A stretch of DNA of 44,454 nucleotides from Escherichia phage Snoke, in the sequence record MK931441.1, one strand, 5' to 3'. Shown here one piece after another: positions 34,732-43,419 of this stretch. Position 1 is the stretch's first letter. Every line of letters starts with the position of its first letter. Under the pieces are notes generated by a model. The model did not search any database, was not told the DNA's origin, and saw only the letters and a list, made by a program, of their open reading frames with translations. A program made the position numbers and the translations under genes.

Positions 34732-36989
34732 TCCAAATCCTCTTCTGTCACTATCAGCATCTCATTCGGCTCGTATATTGTCTTCGGAATCTTGTTATCG
34801 TTTATGCCCCACGGCAGCCGATATTGCTTAGGTATAGGCCTGTTGTTATTATCCAGCCCAGAGACGATAACCCCAGCCTCGTGCATCTCCTCCAGTTTCT
34901 TTCGAAGGTCGTTATTAGCGTTAATCGGTACACCATAACTATCTTCTTTCGCCGCTTTGACGATAGCGGACATAGAAAACCCTCGCTTGTCGTCGCCCTG
35001 CTCCTGCAATTTACCTAATGCGTAAATAACCGTAGCTTCTTTGGTACCCAGTTTCTCGAACTGGCCTACCTTTTCTTTAACGGCTTCCTTCTGTTCGTCG
35101 GTCATACCTTCTACTTTCTTCACGAAGACAGAGAAGGCGTTAAAGTTAACAAAGACATCGATGTGCGGATTTCCCGCGTCAAAATCTCGCACATCGTCAC
35201 TGCTATACCCTTCCGGAAGCACCATGAAGTTGTGAGTTGGTTCTTTCTTTTCCGGTGGCTCCGCTATCTGAATCTTCTGTATTACGAATCCTCTGGCTTT
35301 CTGCCGTTCTCCGTTTCGGTTCTTTATGTGATACAGGTTTATCTCTAAGTTATTGTCGTTGTCTGGTTTATGCAGGAACATCCCGTTATCGATGGAGTTG
35401 TGAAAGTCGCTCCCACCCTTCGGCATCATGCCGTTTTCAGACGGTACGGTTTCGTCGATGTTTTTAGTCGGGTGCACCATAGCGCCTACCGCAGCGTTAA
35501 GCGTCGACGCTATTTCGTTAAGCGCCTGCGCCGCTTCTTTCATCGACCTGTTGTCGTTCTCGTCGAAGCCTGGTATGCAAGTTTGTAGGGTATCAAACGT
35601 AACCTTTACAATTTTCTCTTCACCGGCGACACGGCGCATCATTCTTACCGCCTGGCGGCGCCATGCTTCATCAAGTAAATTACACCCATCGGCAACACAA
35701 TCGATAATGTGCAAGCGGTCCAGGCTATCCCCGAGGGCAATCTGCAAAGACTTTTTATGTCGCCCGAACGACTGTGCGCCTTCACCGGCGAAAATGAACG
35801 CATGTCCTTCTGCAACCTCTGCCCCACCGAACGCATATCTTTTTTCGGCGGCAATAGCGGCGTCAATCGCCATACTAAATGTCGACTTACCAGTGTGGGA
35901 CTTTGCGCAAATGTAAAACGATTCGTTAGTCTGCATAAGGCCGTCTACGACGGAGTAAGCAGGTTCTTTTTCAACTTCCGGCTCGTCTTCGAGGTCTTCC
36001 AGAGTGCAAGTTACAGGCTCTTCATTCTCTGTGCGGTGTAATTCCTCAATCTCTTCGTCCGGTAAATCAGGCAGAGCCGCACGAATGCTGTTAATACTGA
36101 TAGGTTGCTTGTCTACGTTAAGCTCGTCCGGAAGACCGCACATACGCAGAGCCAAATGTTGTCGGCGGTTAAGCTCGGTGCAAGCGCCGTTGTTTGTGTG
36201 CTGGCACACGAAGCGCACTTCTTTACCATCAAGCATAATGCTGGTAGAGCCTTTGCCGGTGTGCAGGTGTTCGTTAGGGCAAGGCACTTCGTACCCGCGA
36301 CCGGAAGATAAAGCGTCAAGGCCAAGCTCCGCTTCGCAGAAATGCGCTATATCCGCGTTAAGCCCATGCTCATCGGCAGCAAGGGTCTTAGCTTCACGTT
36401 TACGCAACCCCATTTCTTCGGCTTTCTTGATGTACCGCTCGGCACGGATAACACGCCCTTCTGTAACCGTTATCTTCGACTCTTTATGCGGCAGGTAGAT
36501 AAGGCGGTTGCCATCTTCTGTGCAGTGGTCACGCAGCGCTTCGTCTATCTCTAACTCTGCACAAATGGCGCGTTGTACCATCCACGCATCGTTAGAGTTA
36601 AACGGCGTGCGTGCAGGTACAAGAACGCGAAAGGCGTAATCCCCGTTTTTACACGCGTGCTGATGCGACGCCGTTGTGTGCAGAATGTTGAAGAACGGCG
36701 CGTTCTTGAATTTGCGCGTCAGGTCGCGGTACTGAGCGCGGTTGAGATGGTCAAAGTCGAACTTAACCACACTGTCTTCCAGAATCGCGTTCTTACGGCG
36801 ACCGCCAACCGGCGCAATAGCTTTCTGCTTAATCTTGGCCGCGTCGTACTCTTCCTTAGTCCATGACGGGTCTACGGACAGACGCTTCGATGTATCGCAG
36901 ACATACTCTACAAACTGCTCCAGTGGCATTTCACGGGCTACCGGGTTTTTATCGAATGTGTTACGCAGCGTTGCAAAAACAATATTCAT
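34728..36989 (-). CDS. DNA primase / helicase (putative)
   Basis: Central P-loop AKSHTGKST; N-terminal region with Cys/His cluster CPNEHLHTGKGSTS...CQHTNNGAC; position in replication module. Confidence 0.6.
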   Translation of the reverse strand: MNIVFATLRNTFDKNPVAREMPLEQFVEYVCDTSKRLSVDPSWTKEEYDAAKIKQKAIAPVGGRRKNAILEDSVVKFDFDHLNRAQYRDLTRKFKNAPFFNILHTTASHQHACKNGDYAFRVLVPARTPFNSNDAWMVQRAICAELEIDEALRDHCTEDGNRLIYLPHKESKITVTEGRVIRAERYIKKAEEMGLRKREAKTLAADEHGLNADIAHFCEAELGLDALSSGRGYEVPCPNEHLHTGKGSTSIMLDGKEVRFVCQHTNNGACTELNRRQHLALRMCGLPDELNVDKQPISINSIRAALPDLPDEEIEELHRTENEEPVTCTLEDLEDEPEVEKEPAYSVVDGLMQTNESFYICAKSHTGKSTFSMAIDAAIAAEKRYAFGGAEVAEGHAFIFAGEGAQSFGRHKKSLQIALGDSLDRLHIIDCVADGCNLLDEAWRRQAVRMMRRVAGEEKIVKVTFDTLQTCIPGFDENDNRSMKEAAQALNEIASTLNAAVGAMVHPTKNIDETVPSENGMMPKGGSDFHNSIDNGMFLHKPDNDNNLEINLYHIKNRNGERQKARGFVIQKIQIAEPPEKKEPTHNFMVLPEGYSSDDVRDFDAGNPHIDVFVNFNAFSVFVKKVEGMTDEQKEAVKEKVGQFEKLGTKEATVIYALGKLQEQGDDKRGFSMSAIVKAAKEDSYGVPINANNDLRKKLEEMHEAGVIVSGLDNNNRPIPKQYRLPWGINDNKIPKTIYEPNEMLIVTEEDLE

Positions 36990-37181
36990 TTCTTTTTCTC
37001 CGCACGTTCTAAGGCTTCCAGCATACGGCGCATTGCGCGTTCATCTTTACCGGTGCGAAGAAGTCTGCGCCGTGTTTCTGGCGGCGTAGCTGTGGAACTA
37101 TTAATTTCGCCATTGTATAATCCTTGTGCTTACTTTGATGATTTGTGCTTCGGCCCCGACGTCCTAGCGTTGGGGTTTCTT

Positions 37182-37394
37182 TTATTTATCGCCTGCAAAC
37201 CACGCGTGCGCAGAATCATAGAAACGACATTTACTTAATACCTCGATTGGCATCTTAATAATGCGCGTCGGTTCCGACAAATGATTAGGCTTACATATTT
37301 CTGCATAGAATCCGCTGTCAGTAATTTCTGACGCAAACTTAAACCAGTATTTAACTTTACCGTCTTCAAAGTAACAACCCATACGCCCAATCAT
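37182..37394 (-). CDS. hypothetical protein
   Basis: ORF from track. Confidence 0.3.
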   Translation of the reverse strand: MIGRMGCYFEDGKVKYWFKFASEITDSGFYAEICKPNHLSEPTRIIKMPIEVLSKCRFYDSAHAWFAGDK

Positions 37395-37573
37395 TTCACG
37401 TTCTCCTTAATCCATGCTTCAACTTTATTACGGTCAAATGTACCCGGTAAACGGCGGCCCATTACTTTAATACAGCAGTCAGGGAATTTACCACTGCGCA
37501 GCCAGTTATTAATTGTCTGACGTGTCACACCGATACGTTCTGCTACTTCATTCTGGGTCATGTAATGTTGCAT
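37391..37573 (-). CDS. HTH DNA-binding protein (AlpA/excisionase-like fold, putative regulator)
   Basis: MTQNEVAERIGVTRQTINNWLRSGKFP helix-turn-helix; internal ATG with SD AGGAG 8 nt upstream. Confidence 0.55.
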   Translation of the reverse strand: MQHYMTQNEVAERIGVTRQTINNWLRSGKFPDCCIKVMGRRLPGTFDRNKVEAWIKENVK

Positions 37574-37604
37574 TTTTATATCTCCTGTTTGTTTGGTGAA
37601 GCTG

Positions 37605-37633
37605 AGTATAGGATAGCGGGAATGTAAAAGCAA
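37605..37633 (-). promoter_or_regulatory. sigma70 promoter (TTGCTT-17-TATACT) for HTH regulator gene
   Basis: Minus-strand -35/-10 with 17-bp spacer. Confidence 0.45.
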
Positions 37634-37680
37634 CCAAAACGCCACACAAAGTTACTAAGATACAAAAGATGCTACAGGTA

Positions 37681-37709
37681 TTGACTTTTACTAAGAAATA
37701 TGGTAAGCT
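37681..37709 (+). promoter_or_regulatory. sigma70-type extended -10 promoter (class III), copy B
   Basis: TTGACT-17-TGgTAAGCT; promoter and following leader to about 37757 nearly identical to 6401-6476. Confidence 0.55.
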
Positions 37710-37977
37710 CAGCCTGAGCTTGTGAAGTATGAACAAGCGACCGCGGCGCGCGGCAGGCGAAACGAGCACGTGTAGCGTGTGGAGTGAGGCTCGCTAGCGC
37801 GTTTGGGAGGCCCCAAGTCTATTGTAATTCCAGCCTAAGTAGCTAAGTTACTGATTTGCCGTAGGTTAGAACCGCCAGCTCACTCACTCACTCTTGGTGC
37901 CTTCGGCACCACGTTCGTTTCGTTTCGCTCGCTACCCCCTTAAACGAAAGAATCACAACGGCAACGTAACTAATCTC

Positions 37978-38006
37978 TTGCACACCCCAACATAATAGGA
38001 TACTAT
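37978..38006 (+). promoter_or_regulatory. sigma70-type promoter (class II: TTGCAC-17-TACTAT)
   Basis: Spacer accccaacataatagga; AATAG-GATA-CTATT at 37994-38007. Confidence 0.55.
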
Positions 38007-38040
38007 TCACTTATCGAAACGAGACAGAGGAGTGAGGGCT

Positions 38041-38232
38041 ATGTTTAAGAAGGGTCAGTTGGTTAAATACTCCGACGATAAACACGGCATAATTGAATTA
38101 AAATCTGCTTTATTTCCAGGAAAGTACGTAGTTACCATGCAAAATGTGAGAGGAGTAAATTCACAAATATACGTAGCGGAGGAGAACTTAAAACTAATCG
38201 GCAACAATTTTAAATTCAAAGAGGCGAAGTGA
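38041..38232 (+). CDS. hypothetical small protein
   Basis: ATG with SD GAGGAG upstream. Confidence 0.35.
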   Translation: MFKKGQLVKYSDDKHGIIELKSALFPGKYVVTMQNVRGVNSQIYVAEENLKLIGNNFKFKEAK

Positions 38233-38420
38233 TGGAAGAATTAATTTACGACGTATACGTCGACGGGGTTATCTCAGAAACGACAAGTAATAAAGATTAC
38301 GCAATAAAGCTGTATATGTATTACGCGGCCATTGTAGGAAAGATGGTAGAAGTGCGGGAGCGAACGGCATCGAATCATGGTGCCAGTGCCGACGACTCTG
38401 AGGGAGGTTGCCGTAAATGA
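38232..38420 (+). CDS. hypothetical small protein
   Basis: ORF from track, coupled. Confidence 0.3.
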   Translation: MEELIYDVYVDGVISETTSNKDYAIKLYMYYAAIVGKMVEVRERTASNHGASADDSEGGCRK

Positions 38421-38608
38421 GAATTCGTATAACTGATGTTGAACAAACATGCCCTGAGGAATACCAGGACGTTAGCCTTGCGTACTTTGGCGTCTCTGTT
38501 GGTGATGAGTTCGACGTAGGGATTAGTTGCGAATATGGGTTTGTTGTAAATCATCGCGGCGAGAATTTGTTCGTCCGTAATTCTGAATGCGAAGTTCTGG
38601 AGGACTAA
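38417..38608 (+). CDS. hypothetical small protein
   Basis: ORF from track, coupled. Confidence 0.3.
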   Translation: MRIRITDVEQTCPEEYQDVSLAYFGVSVGDEFDVGISCEYGFVVNHRGENLFVRNSECEVLED

Positions 38609-38611
38609 GTT

Positions 38612-38773
38612 ATGAGAGAAGCGTTCGAACGGTGGGCCGTCGTCGAGGGTCTGCCGGTTAACAAGGGTTCGAAGAAAGAGTACCTGAACGTTAAGACGCG
38701 TCTCGCGTGGCGGGCGTGGAAAGCTGGTGCGCAATATCGTGCCGGTATGACAGGTGGTGTAACAGGTCAATAG
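38612..38773 (+). CDS. hypothetical small protein
   Basis: 53-aa ORF below track threshold, SD GGAGG. Confidence 0.25.
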   Translation: MREAFERWAVVEGLPVNKGSKKEYLNVKTRLAWRAWKAGAQYRAGMTGGVTGQ

Positions 38774-38796
38774 TTTAGGATTTTACTGAGTGACTT

Positions 38797-38830
38797 ACGC
38801 TGCTACACAGCAGCGTATCATTTTTCTCAT
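38797..38830 (+). terminator. intrinsic terminator
   Basis: ACGCTGCT-ACAC-AGCAGCGT hairpin followed by ATCATTTTT. Confidence 0.65.
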
Positions 38831-38910
38831 TTTTGTCCTATTTCACCAAACGCAACAATCGAATCGACTATTGCAGGAGATGCAATAATACAAACACCAA
38901 TAAAATTTAC

Positions 38911-38939
38911 TTGCACGCTGGGGAAGAATAGGATACTAT
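38911..38939 (+). promoter_or_regulatory. sigma70-type promoter (class II: TTGCAC-17-TACTAT)
   Basis: Spacer gctggggaagaatagga; AATAG-GATA-CTATT at 38927-38940. Confidence 0.55.
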
Positions 38940-38970
38940 TCATTTACACAAACGAGAGGAGAGGCAGAAT

Positions 38971-39120
38971 ATGGTTACTTTGATGATTATGGAGTTCGAA
39001 AACAGCGCTGCAACTTACCGCGAGATGACTATGGCGCAGGCGTACCACCTGGCTAAACACAGCAACTTCTACAAGGCTCAAATCATTAATGAGTTTGGGG
39101 TAATTGACTATGAATTTTAA
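38971..39120 (+). CDS. hypothetical small protein
   Basis: 49-aa ORF below track threshold, SD GAGAGGAG. Confidence 0.25.
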   Translation: MVTLMIMEFENSAATYREMTMAQAYHLAKHSNFYKAQIINEFGVIDYEF

Positions 39121-39382
39121 CAGCTACACCGTGACCGTTGATTTTGAGGGGCTGGAGTTGCCCCTCCCTAACAACTACCGGTACATAACGCGCGATAGTA
39201 ATGGGTTTATTCAGGGGTGGAGGAACAAACCGACGGACACTGAGTTCGGGATGTCAGGAGGGGAAGAGCTGCCGATCACTTTCGGGCACCAAAGTAGTAA
39301 TGAAGAACTTAAAACGGTGATTCGTAAGTATCGTCGCCGCGGTAACACCGGGCTTATCGCAATAACAGGCGCTGTTGAATAA
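39110..39382 (+). CDS. hypothetical protein
   Basis: ORF from track, ATG at 39110. Confidence 0.3.
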   Translation: MNFNSYTVTVDFEGLELPLPNNYRYITRDSNGFIQGWRNKPTDTEFGMSGGEELPITFGHQSSNEELKTVIRKYRRRGNTGLIAITGAVE

Positions 39383-39513
39383 GTGAGAGGAGAGACAGAA
39401 GATGTATAAGTATTTGACGGTGGAGAAACTGGAGCAGCTTTATGCTGAGTTGCGAGTTTGCAGCGTATGCAACGGCGACAACGAGCATGTTTACGGAGAA
39501 CTGGAGGTAGCTG

Positions 39514-39990
39514 ATGAGTAACAAAAACGAAGTATTCGAGTACCTGATTGACCAGTTACGGCAGCAGGTAAATAGTAACCAGTGCGAAGACCTGGCGCAC
39601 GAGGTGCTGTCACTCAAGAATCAGTTACGTGATGTGTCAGAACATATTAAGGAGTTGCATAAGGCGTTGGCTACAGCTACAGGTGACGTAGGCGCTTATA
39701 TAGCAGCAGAGCAATCTGGTTGCCGTAAGGAAGATACTCAGTACAACGCCTGGAGGCCGCATTATGGTGCACGACAACCTGTGCCAGATGGGACTATGGT
39801 ATTTATCCGGTATCGCAACGGGGAGGAGCTGAAACACAGTGTAGCAGCAGAAAAGAGGTTGTGGATTTGGGATGGAACATACGCAGACATAGTGGAATAC
39901 AAGATTGACACACAGGAATGCGAGCACAATTGGTTATATAGTAAACACAAAAGTGGCTTCGTTTGCTTTAATTGTGGGGCGCGTAAGTAA
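39514..39990 (+). CDS. hypothetical protein
   Basis: 158-aa ORF; C-terminal Cys pairs (CEHNW...CFNCG). Confidence 0.35.
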   Translation: MSNKNEVFEYLIDQLRQQVNSNQCEDLAHEVLSLKNQLRDVSEHIKELHKALATATGDVGAYIAAEQSGCRKEDTQYNAWRPHYGARQPVPDGTMVFIRYRNGEELKHSVAAEKRLWIWDGTYADIVEYKIDTQECEHNWLYSKHKSGFVCFNCGARK

Positions 39991-40193
39991 TGACCAGCAT
40001 CTTATTTATCTGGACACTTACCGCAGGCCAGATGCAACTGGCGGCATCAGAAACGTTTTACTCGATGGAGGCGTGCCAGTCAGCGGCACGCGCCGCAGAG
40101 AACGCGCACTTCCTGTTTCAGGGTGACAAGCCCAACGATTCAGAGGTACGCGCTATCTGCTCACCTAAGCGACTTGGTAAACAGGAGAAGTGA
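39990..40193 (+). CDS. hypothetical protein
   Basis: ORF from track. Confidence 0.3.
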   Translation: MTSILFIWTLTAGQMQLAASETFYSMEACQSAARAAENAHFLFQGDKPNDSEVRAICSPKRLGKQEK

Positions 40194-40195
40194 TT

Positions 40196-40480
40196 ATGGT
40201 ACAGAGATATGATTTAGTAGGGGATATGGATGGCAACTGTAACCTGAATGAAGCGAGAATGGAGAAATCTGACGACGGGATATATGTTTACTATCGCGAC
40301 TACAAGGAACTGGATGACAGTTTCCAGGACTACATAATAACCACTGACATGGAAATAGAAGGGCTTGTGGCAAGACTGGCAGAAGTAAACGCTGAGTTAC
40401 AGAAATACAAAGACCAGTTCCCTGATTACGTCGAGTGCGCGAACTGTGGGTCAATTACACATGTGGAAGGGGTGGAGTGA
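40196..40480 (+). CDS. hypothetical protein
   Basis: ORF from track; start region ATGGTACAGAGATATGA repeated at 40480. Confidence 0.3.
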   Translation: MVQRYDLVGDMDGNCNLNEARMEKSDDGIYVYYRDYKELDDSFQDYIITTDMEIEGLVARLAEVNAELQKYKDQFPDYVECANCGSITHVEGVE

Positions 40481-40674
40481 TGGTGCAGAGATATGAGGTA
40501 AAAGCGTGGGGCCTGCCAGAGCCTGAGATGGCTGAGTACGCATACGGCGATTATGTAGAGTATGACGCTTATCTGAAACTTGAAGCAAAGTTACGTGAAT
40601 TCGCCGAACAGGTAATGTACGCACCTTGTTCGAAAGTTACAGAAGAAATGGCCCGCGAGATTCTCGGAATATGA
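40480..40674 (+). CDS. hypothetical protein
   Basis: ORF from track; N-terminus MVQRY as in upstream gene. Confidence 0.3.
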   Translation: MVQRYEVKAWGLPEPEMAEYAYGDYVEYDAYLKLEAKLREFAEQVMYAPCSKVTEEMAREILGI

Positions 40675-40964
40675 GCCTCGCAACTGACATCCTGAAACGA
40701 AGCGGCCTTGCGCCGCTGTCGCCGAGAGCAAACACTCAGATATACAAGCGCCGCCGTAATACGCTGTACCCAGAGATACAAGAACGGCGTAAAGCTATCC
40801 GCGCCTGTGGATTCCAGAACGGGAAAGCCGTGAATCTCGGTGAGTTTAAAACACAAGAACGCGCCGCAATCGCTAATCGACTATTTAATTACTGGAAATC
40901 GCTGGGGTACGATGATATTCCGACGAAACCCCAGAGACGACAATACATCTGGAGGCACAAATGA
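40671..40964 (+). CDS. hypothetical basic protein
   Basis: ORF from track, coupled. Confidence 0.3.
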   Translation: MSLATDILKRSGLAPLSPRANTQIYKRRRNTLYPEIQERRKAIRACGFQNGKAVNLGEFKTQERAAIANRLFNYWKSLGYDDIPTKPQRRQYIWRHK

Positions 40965-41398
40965 CTACTATCGCGTTTGACGGAAAGACGATGGCCTGTG
41001 ACACCCGAGTAACCGGAGACCACATCTACAACACAGATACCAAGATATATGAGAACGAGTTTGTTGTTATCGGTGTAGCAGGCAATGCTGAGGCTGGTAT
41101 CCTTTTAGTGAAGGACGATAGTATTTTAGTACCTAAGCACTACGATTTTGATTTCTCTGCTTTGGTGTGGGTTAAAGACATCGAAACGTTGTGCAAAGTA
41201 GAGTTCTACAAATCCTGGGATTGTGCACTAAGTTCGGTTATCCCTGTTGCAGATGGTTTTGCCGCCGTTGGTTCCGGTGCACCTTATGCACTGGCGGCTA
41301 TGTATTTAGGTAATACGGCAACACGTGCAATTACTATAGCAGAGCAATTCGACCCTAACACCGGAGGCAATATTATTACCAAACAACTATTAGGATAA
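40961..41398 (+). CDS. HslV-like Ntn-hydrolase peptidase (proteasome beta-type)
   Basis: N-terminal MTTIAF (Thr nucleophile after Met removal), VVIGVAGNAEAG and AAVGSGAPYALAAM match HslV blocks TTIVSV, VIAGFAGGTADAF and IAIGSGGPYAQAAA; SD GGAGG. Confidence 0.65.
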   Translation: MTTIAFDGKTMACDTRVTGDHIYNTDTKIYENEFVVIGVAGNAEAGILLVKDDSILVPKHYDFDFSALVWVKDIETLCKVEFYKSWDCALSSVIPVADGFAAVGSGAPYALAAMYLGNTATRAITIAEQFDPNTGGNIITKQLLG

Positions 41399-41457
41399 TT
41401 CCTAACCGTGCTATCCTCCAGTTACTGCATACTTAATACGCACCTGGAGGATTCATC

Positions 41458-41766
41458 TTGGATAAATTTACTGAAACAGTGCCGGGGTGGCTTCTCGCCG
41501 CCGCACTGGTTGGTGGATTGGTCGGACTAAGACAACATAAAAAGTCTATATCCGGTCCAGTCGACGGACTGGTATTTCTTCTCACCGGCTTCGCGTGTGC
41601 CATTTTCGGTGCACCTCTTGCCGCTCAATGGTTCGGTATTACCGGTGAGCGCGAGATAGCTGGCCTCGGATTCATCATTGCCATTCTCTGGATGCCTATC
41701 TATTCCCGCCTTTCTGACATCGTATCGGGTGGCGATATTTCCCGCCCGGGAGGACCTCATGACTGA
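41458..41766 (+). CDS. holin (putative)
   Basis: 102-aa protein with hydrophobic segments, TTG start with SD GGAGG, immediately upstream of endolysin. Confidence 0.55.
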   Translation: MDKFTETVPGWLLAAALVGGLVGLRQHKKSISGPVDGLVFLLTGFACAIFGAPLAAQWFGITGEREIAGLGFIIAILWMPIYSRLSDIVSGGDISRPGGPHD

Positions 41767-42040
41767 GCTATTCTGGTTTGTCGTAATGCTGGCAATGGGC
41801 GCTTCGTCCCTGTTCAACGTGTATAATGAGCACGTGGACGACGGGTTATTCGGGCGTGTGCTCTATATCCTGACTGCGATTGTCTGCGCCGCCGGATGTA
41901 TCCACCTGTTACAGGGCAGCGTGTCACCAACGTTGCCGGAAACACTAATCACCCTGGTAGCGCTGCGACAGATTCGTCAATCGTGGCTGCATTACCAGTC
42001 GAAAGGAGGACATAAGCGTGTCTCGAAACATTTCAGATAA
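41759..42040 (+). CDS. second holin-like membrane protein (holin/antiholin)
   Basis: 94 aa from internal ATG with SD GGAGG; two hydrophobic segments. Confidence 0.45.
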   Translation: MTELFWFVVMLAMGASSLFNVYNEHVDDGLFGRVLYILTAIVCAAGCIHLLQGSVSPTLPETLITLVALRQIRQSWLHYQSKGGHKRVSKHFR

Positions 42041-42521
42041 TGGATTGCAGTTCAAGAAAGCGTGGGAGAAGTTTCGTGGAACTGCGTACAAAGCCACAAA
42101 GAACGAGAAATACTGGACTATAGGCTGGGGCCATACCGGACCAGATGTGTACGAAGGGCAGAAGATTACCGAGGGTCAGGGGTTGCTGTTACTTAACCGT
42201 GATATGCAGTGGGCGGTGAAAGCAGTAGACGAGGTGGCGCATCCATCGCTTACCCAGGCCCAGTTTGATGCCGTTGTTGACCTGGTGTTTAACGCCGGAA
42301 CTGGTGTTATCGCAGCGACTACCGGAACCGGTAAGGCGCTACGGCAGGGGGACATCGCAGCCTTACGGCACAAGATGAGCCAGTTCATTAACCAGCGCAA
42401 CCCTAAGACCGGTAAACTTGAACCTGTTCTGGGCCTGCGCCGTCGTGTAGCGGGTCGCCTGGCGCTGTTCGACGGTAAACCGTGGCAGGAGGCGGAGGAT
42501 ATCGGGAGGGCTGTTAAGTGA
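42018..42521 (+). CDS. endolysin, GH24 lysozyme-like
   Basis: N-terminal E...YKATKNEKYWTIGWGHTG pattern resembling T4 lysozyme catalytic region; GTG start with SD GGAGG. Confidence 0.75.
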   Translation: MSRNISDNGLQFKKAWEKFRGTAYKATKNEKYWTIGWGHTGPDVYEGQKITEGQGLLLLNRDMQWAVKAVDEVAHPSLTQAQFDAVVDLVFNAGTGVIAATTGTGKALRQGDIAALRHKMSQFINQRNPKTGKLEPVLGLRRRVAGRLALFDGKPWQEAEDIGRAVK

Positions 42522-42653
42522 TGGACGAATACGAAGGTGTTTAGTATTATGGTTAAGCCAAGTTTTTCGTATTTGCATACTAAGCCTTGGTAAACCTGAA
42601 GCAGCAGCCCAAGCGGTGGAGACTGCGTAGGGTTCAGAGGCTTATGACCGAAA

Positions 42654-42681
42654 CCCGGACCGCGAATCCGGGTTTTATTTT
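42654..42681 (+). terminator. intrinsic terminator after lysis genes
   Basis: CCCGGA-CCGCGAA-TCCGGG followed by TTTTATTTT. Confidence 0.7.
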
Positions 42682-42754
42682 ACCAATTGACACCTGAGAC
42701 TAATCCGACAATACTTAAATCACCTCCTGCTCCATCCCTCTGCTCTCCAGTTTT

Positions 42755-42790
42755 ATCCCGGCCCTGAACCCAGCCGGGATTTTTTTTATC
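42755..42790 (+). terminator. intrinsic terminator
   Basis: ATCCCGGC-N10-GCCGGGAT followed by T9. Confidence 0.7.
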
Positions 42791-42809
42791 TATTTTCTGT
42801 AATGACTAG

Positions 42810-42838
42810 TTGACTATTATTCTGACACCAATTATATT
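42810..42838 (+). promoter_or_regulatory. sigma70 promoter (TTGACT-17-TATATT)
   Basis: -35, 17-bp spacer and -10 directly after terminator. Confidence 0.5.
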
Positions 42839-42930
42839 TACTCCATCGACGAATCAGCTAATGTTAATATGAGCCTGGATGATTTTATGACTATTGTTGA
42901 GCAGGTTCTGGCGTTTTATGGAGATGTAAA

Positions 42931-43080
42931 ATGAAAATCACAGATATCGAAGCATTCAAAGATGCACAACTGATGGCACGTATCGCTGTCAGTAACCTGA
43001 GCACTACTGTACCAGCGGACGCGTTCTGGTTCACCGCGATGCAGACACTGAAAGCAGCTTATGCAGGAGAGAAGAAATGA
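42931..43080 (+). CDS. hypothetical small protein
   Basis: 49-aa ORF below track threshold with SD. Confidence 0.25.
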   Translation: MKITDIEAFKDAQLMARIAVSNLSTTVPADAFWFTAMQTLKAAYAGEKK

Positions 43081-43217
43081 GCGAACAAGGTCAAGTAAGC
43101 CAACCATTACGCGTAGGCCGTAAAGTCAGTCACACCCCGTTCCCGACACGCGAGGAACTGATGAAACGTAACAGTTTCCCGGGGCCGGACAAGAACAAGT
43201 ATCTAAATCGCATGTAG
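43077..43217 (+). CDS. hypothetical small protein
   Basis: 46-aa ORF below track threshold, coupled. Confidence 0.25.
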   Translation: MSEQGQVSQPLRVGRKVSHTPFPTREELMKRNSFPGPDKNKYLNRM

Positions 43218-43230
43218 GGAGAGCGTAAAA

Positions 43231-43419
43231 ATGACTGACCGTGAATACGAAAAGATGATGGTAGAGGCCGCGCACGGCAAAACGCAGAACGCTAAAGCCG
43301 AAATAGGGATACTTGATAAGTGGATAGAAGAACAGGCTCGATACCTTGACCGCCTGATGGAACGCCGCCGTGAACTGATTAACCGGTTCAACCTGAACAA
43401 AGGTGACACCAATGCCTAA
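43231..43419 (+). CDS. hypothetical protein
   Basis: ORF from track. Confidence 0.3.
   Translation: MTDREYEKMMVEAAHGKTQNAKAEIGILDKWIEEQARYLDRLMERRRELINRFNLNKGDTNA

Noticed and set aside
35428-35916. 162-aa plus-strand ORF (and neighbours 35041-36866) inside the primase-helicase gene
   Set aside because: Series of antisense shadow ORFs within a continuous minus-strand 753-aa gene.
42540-42700. Possible tRNA or structured RNA between endolysin and downstream genes
   Set aside because: Hairpins are present, but no T-arm consensus (GTTCRANYC) or acceptor-stem pairing could be found by eye; better explained as intrinsic terminators. A tRNA scan would settle it.
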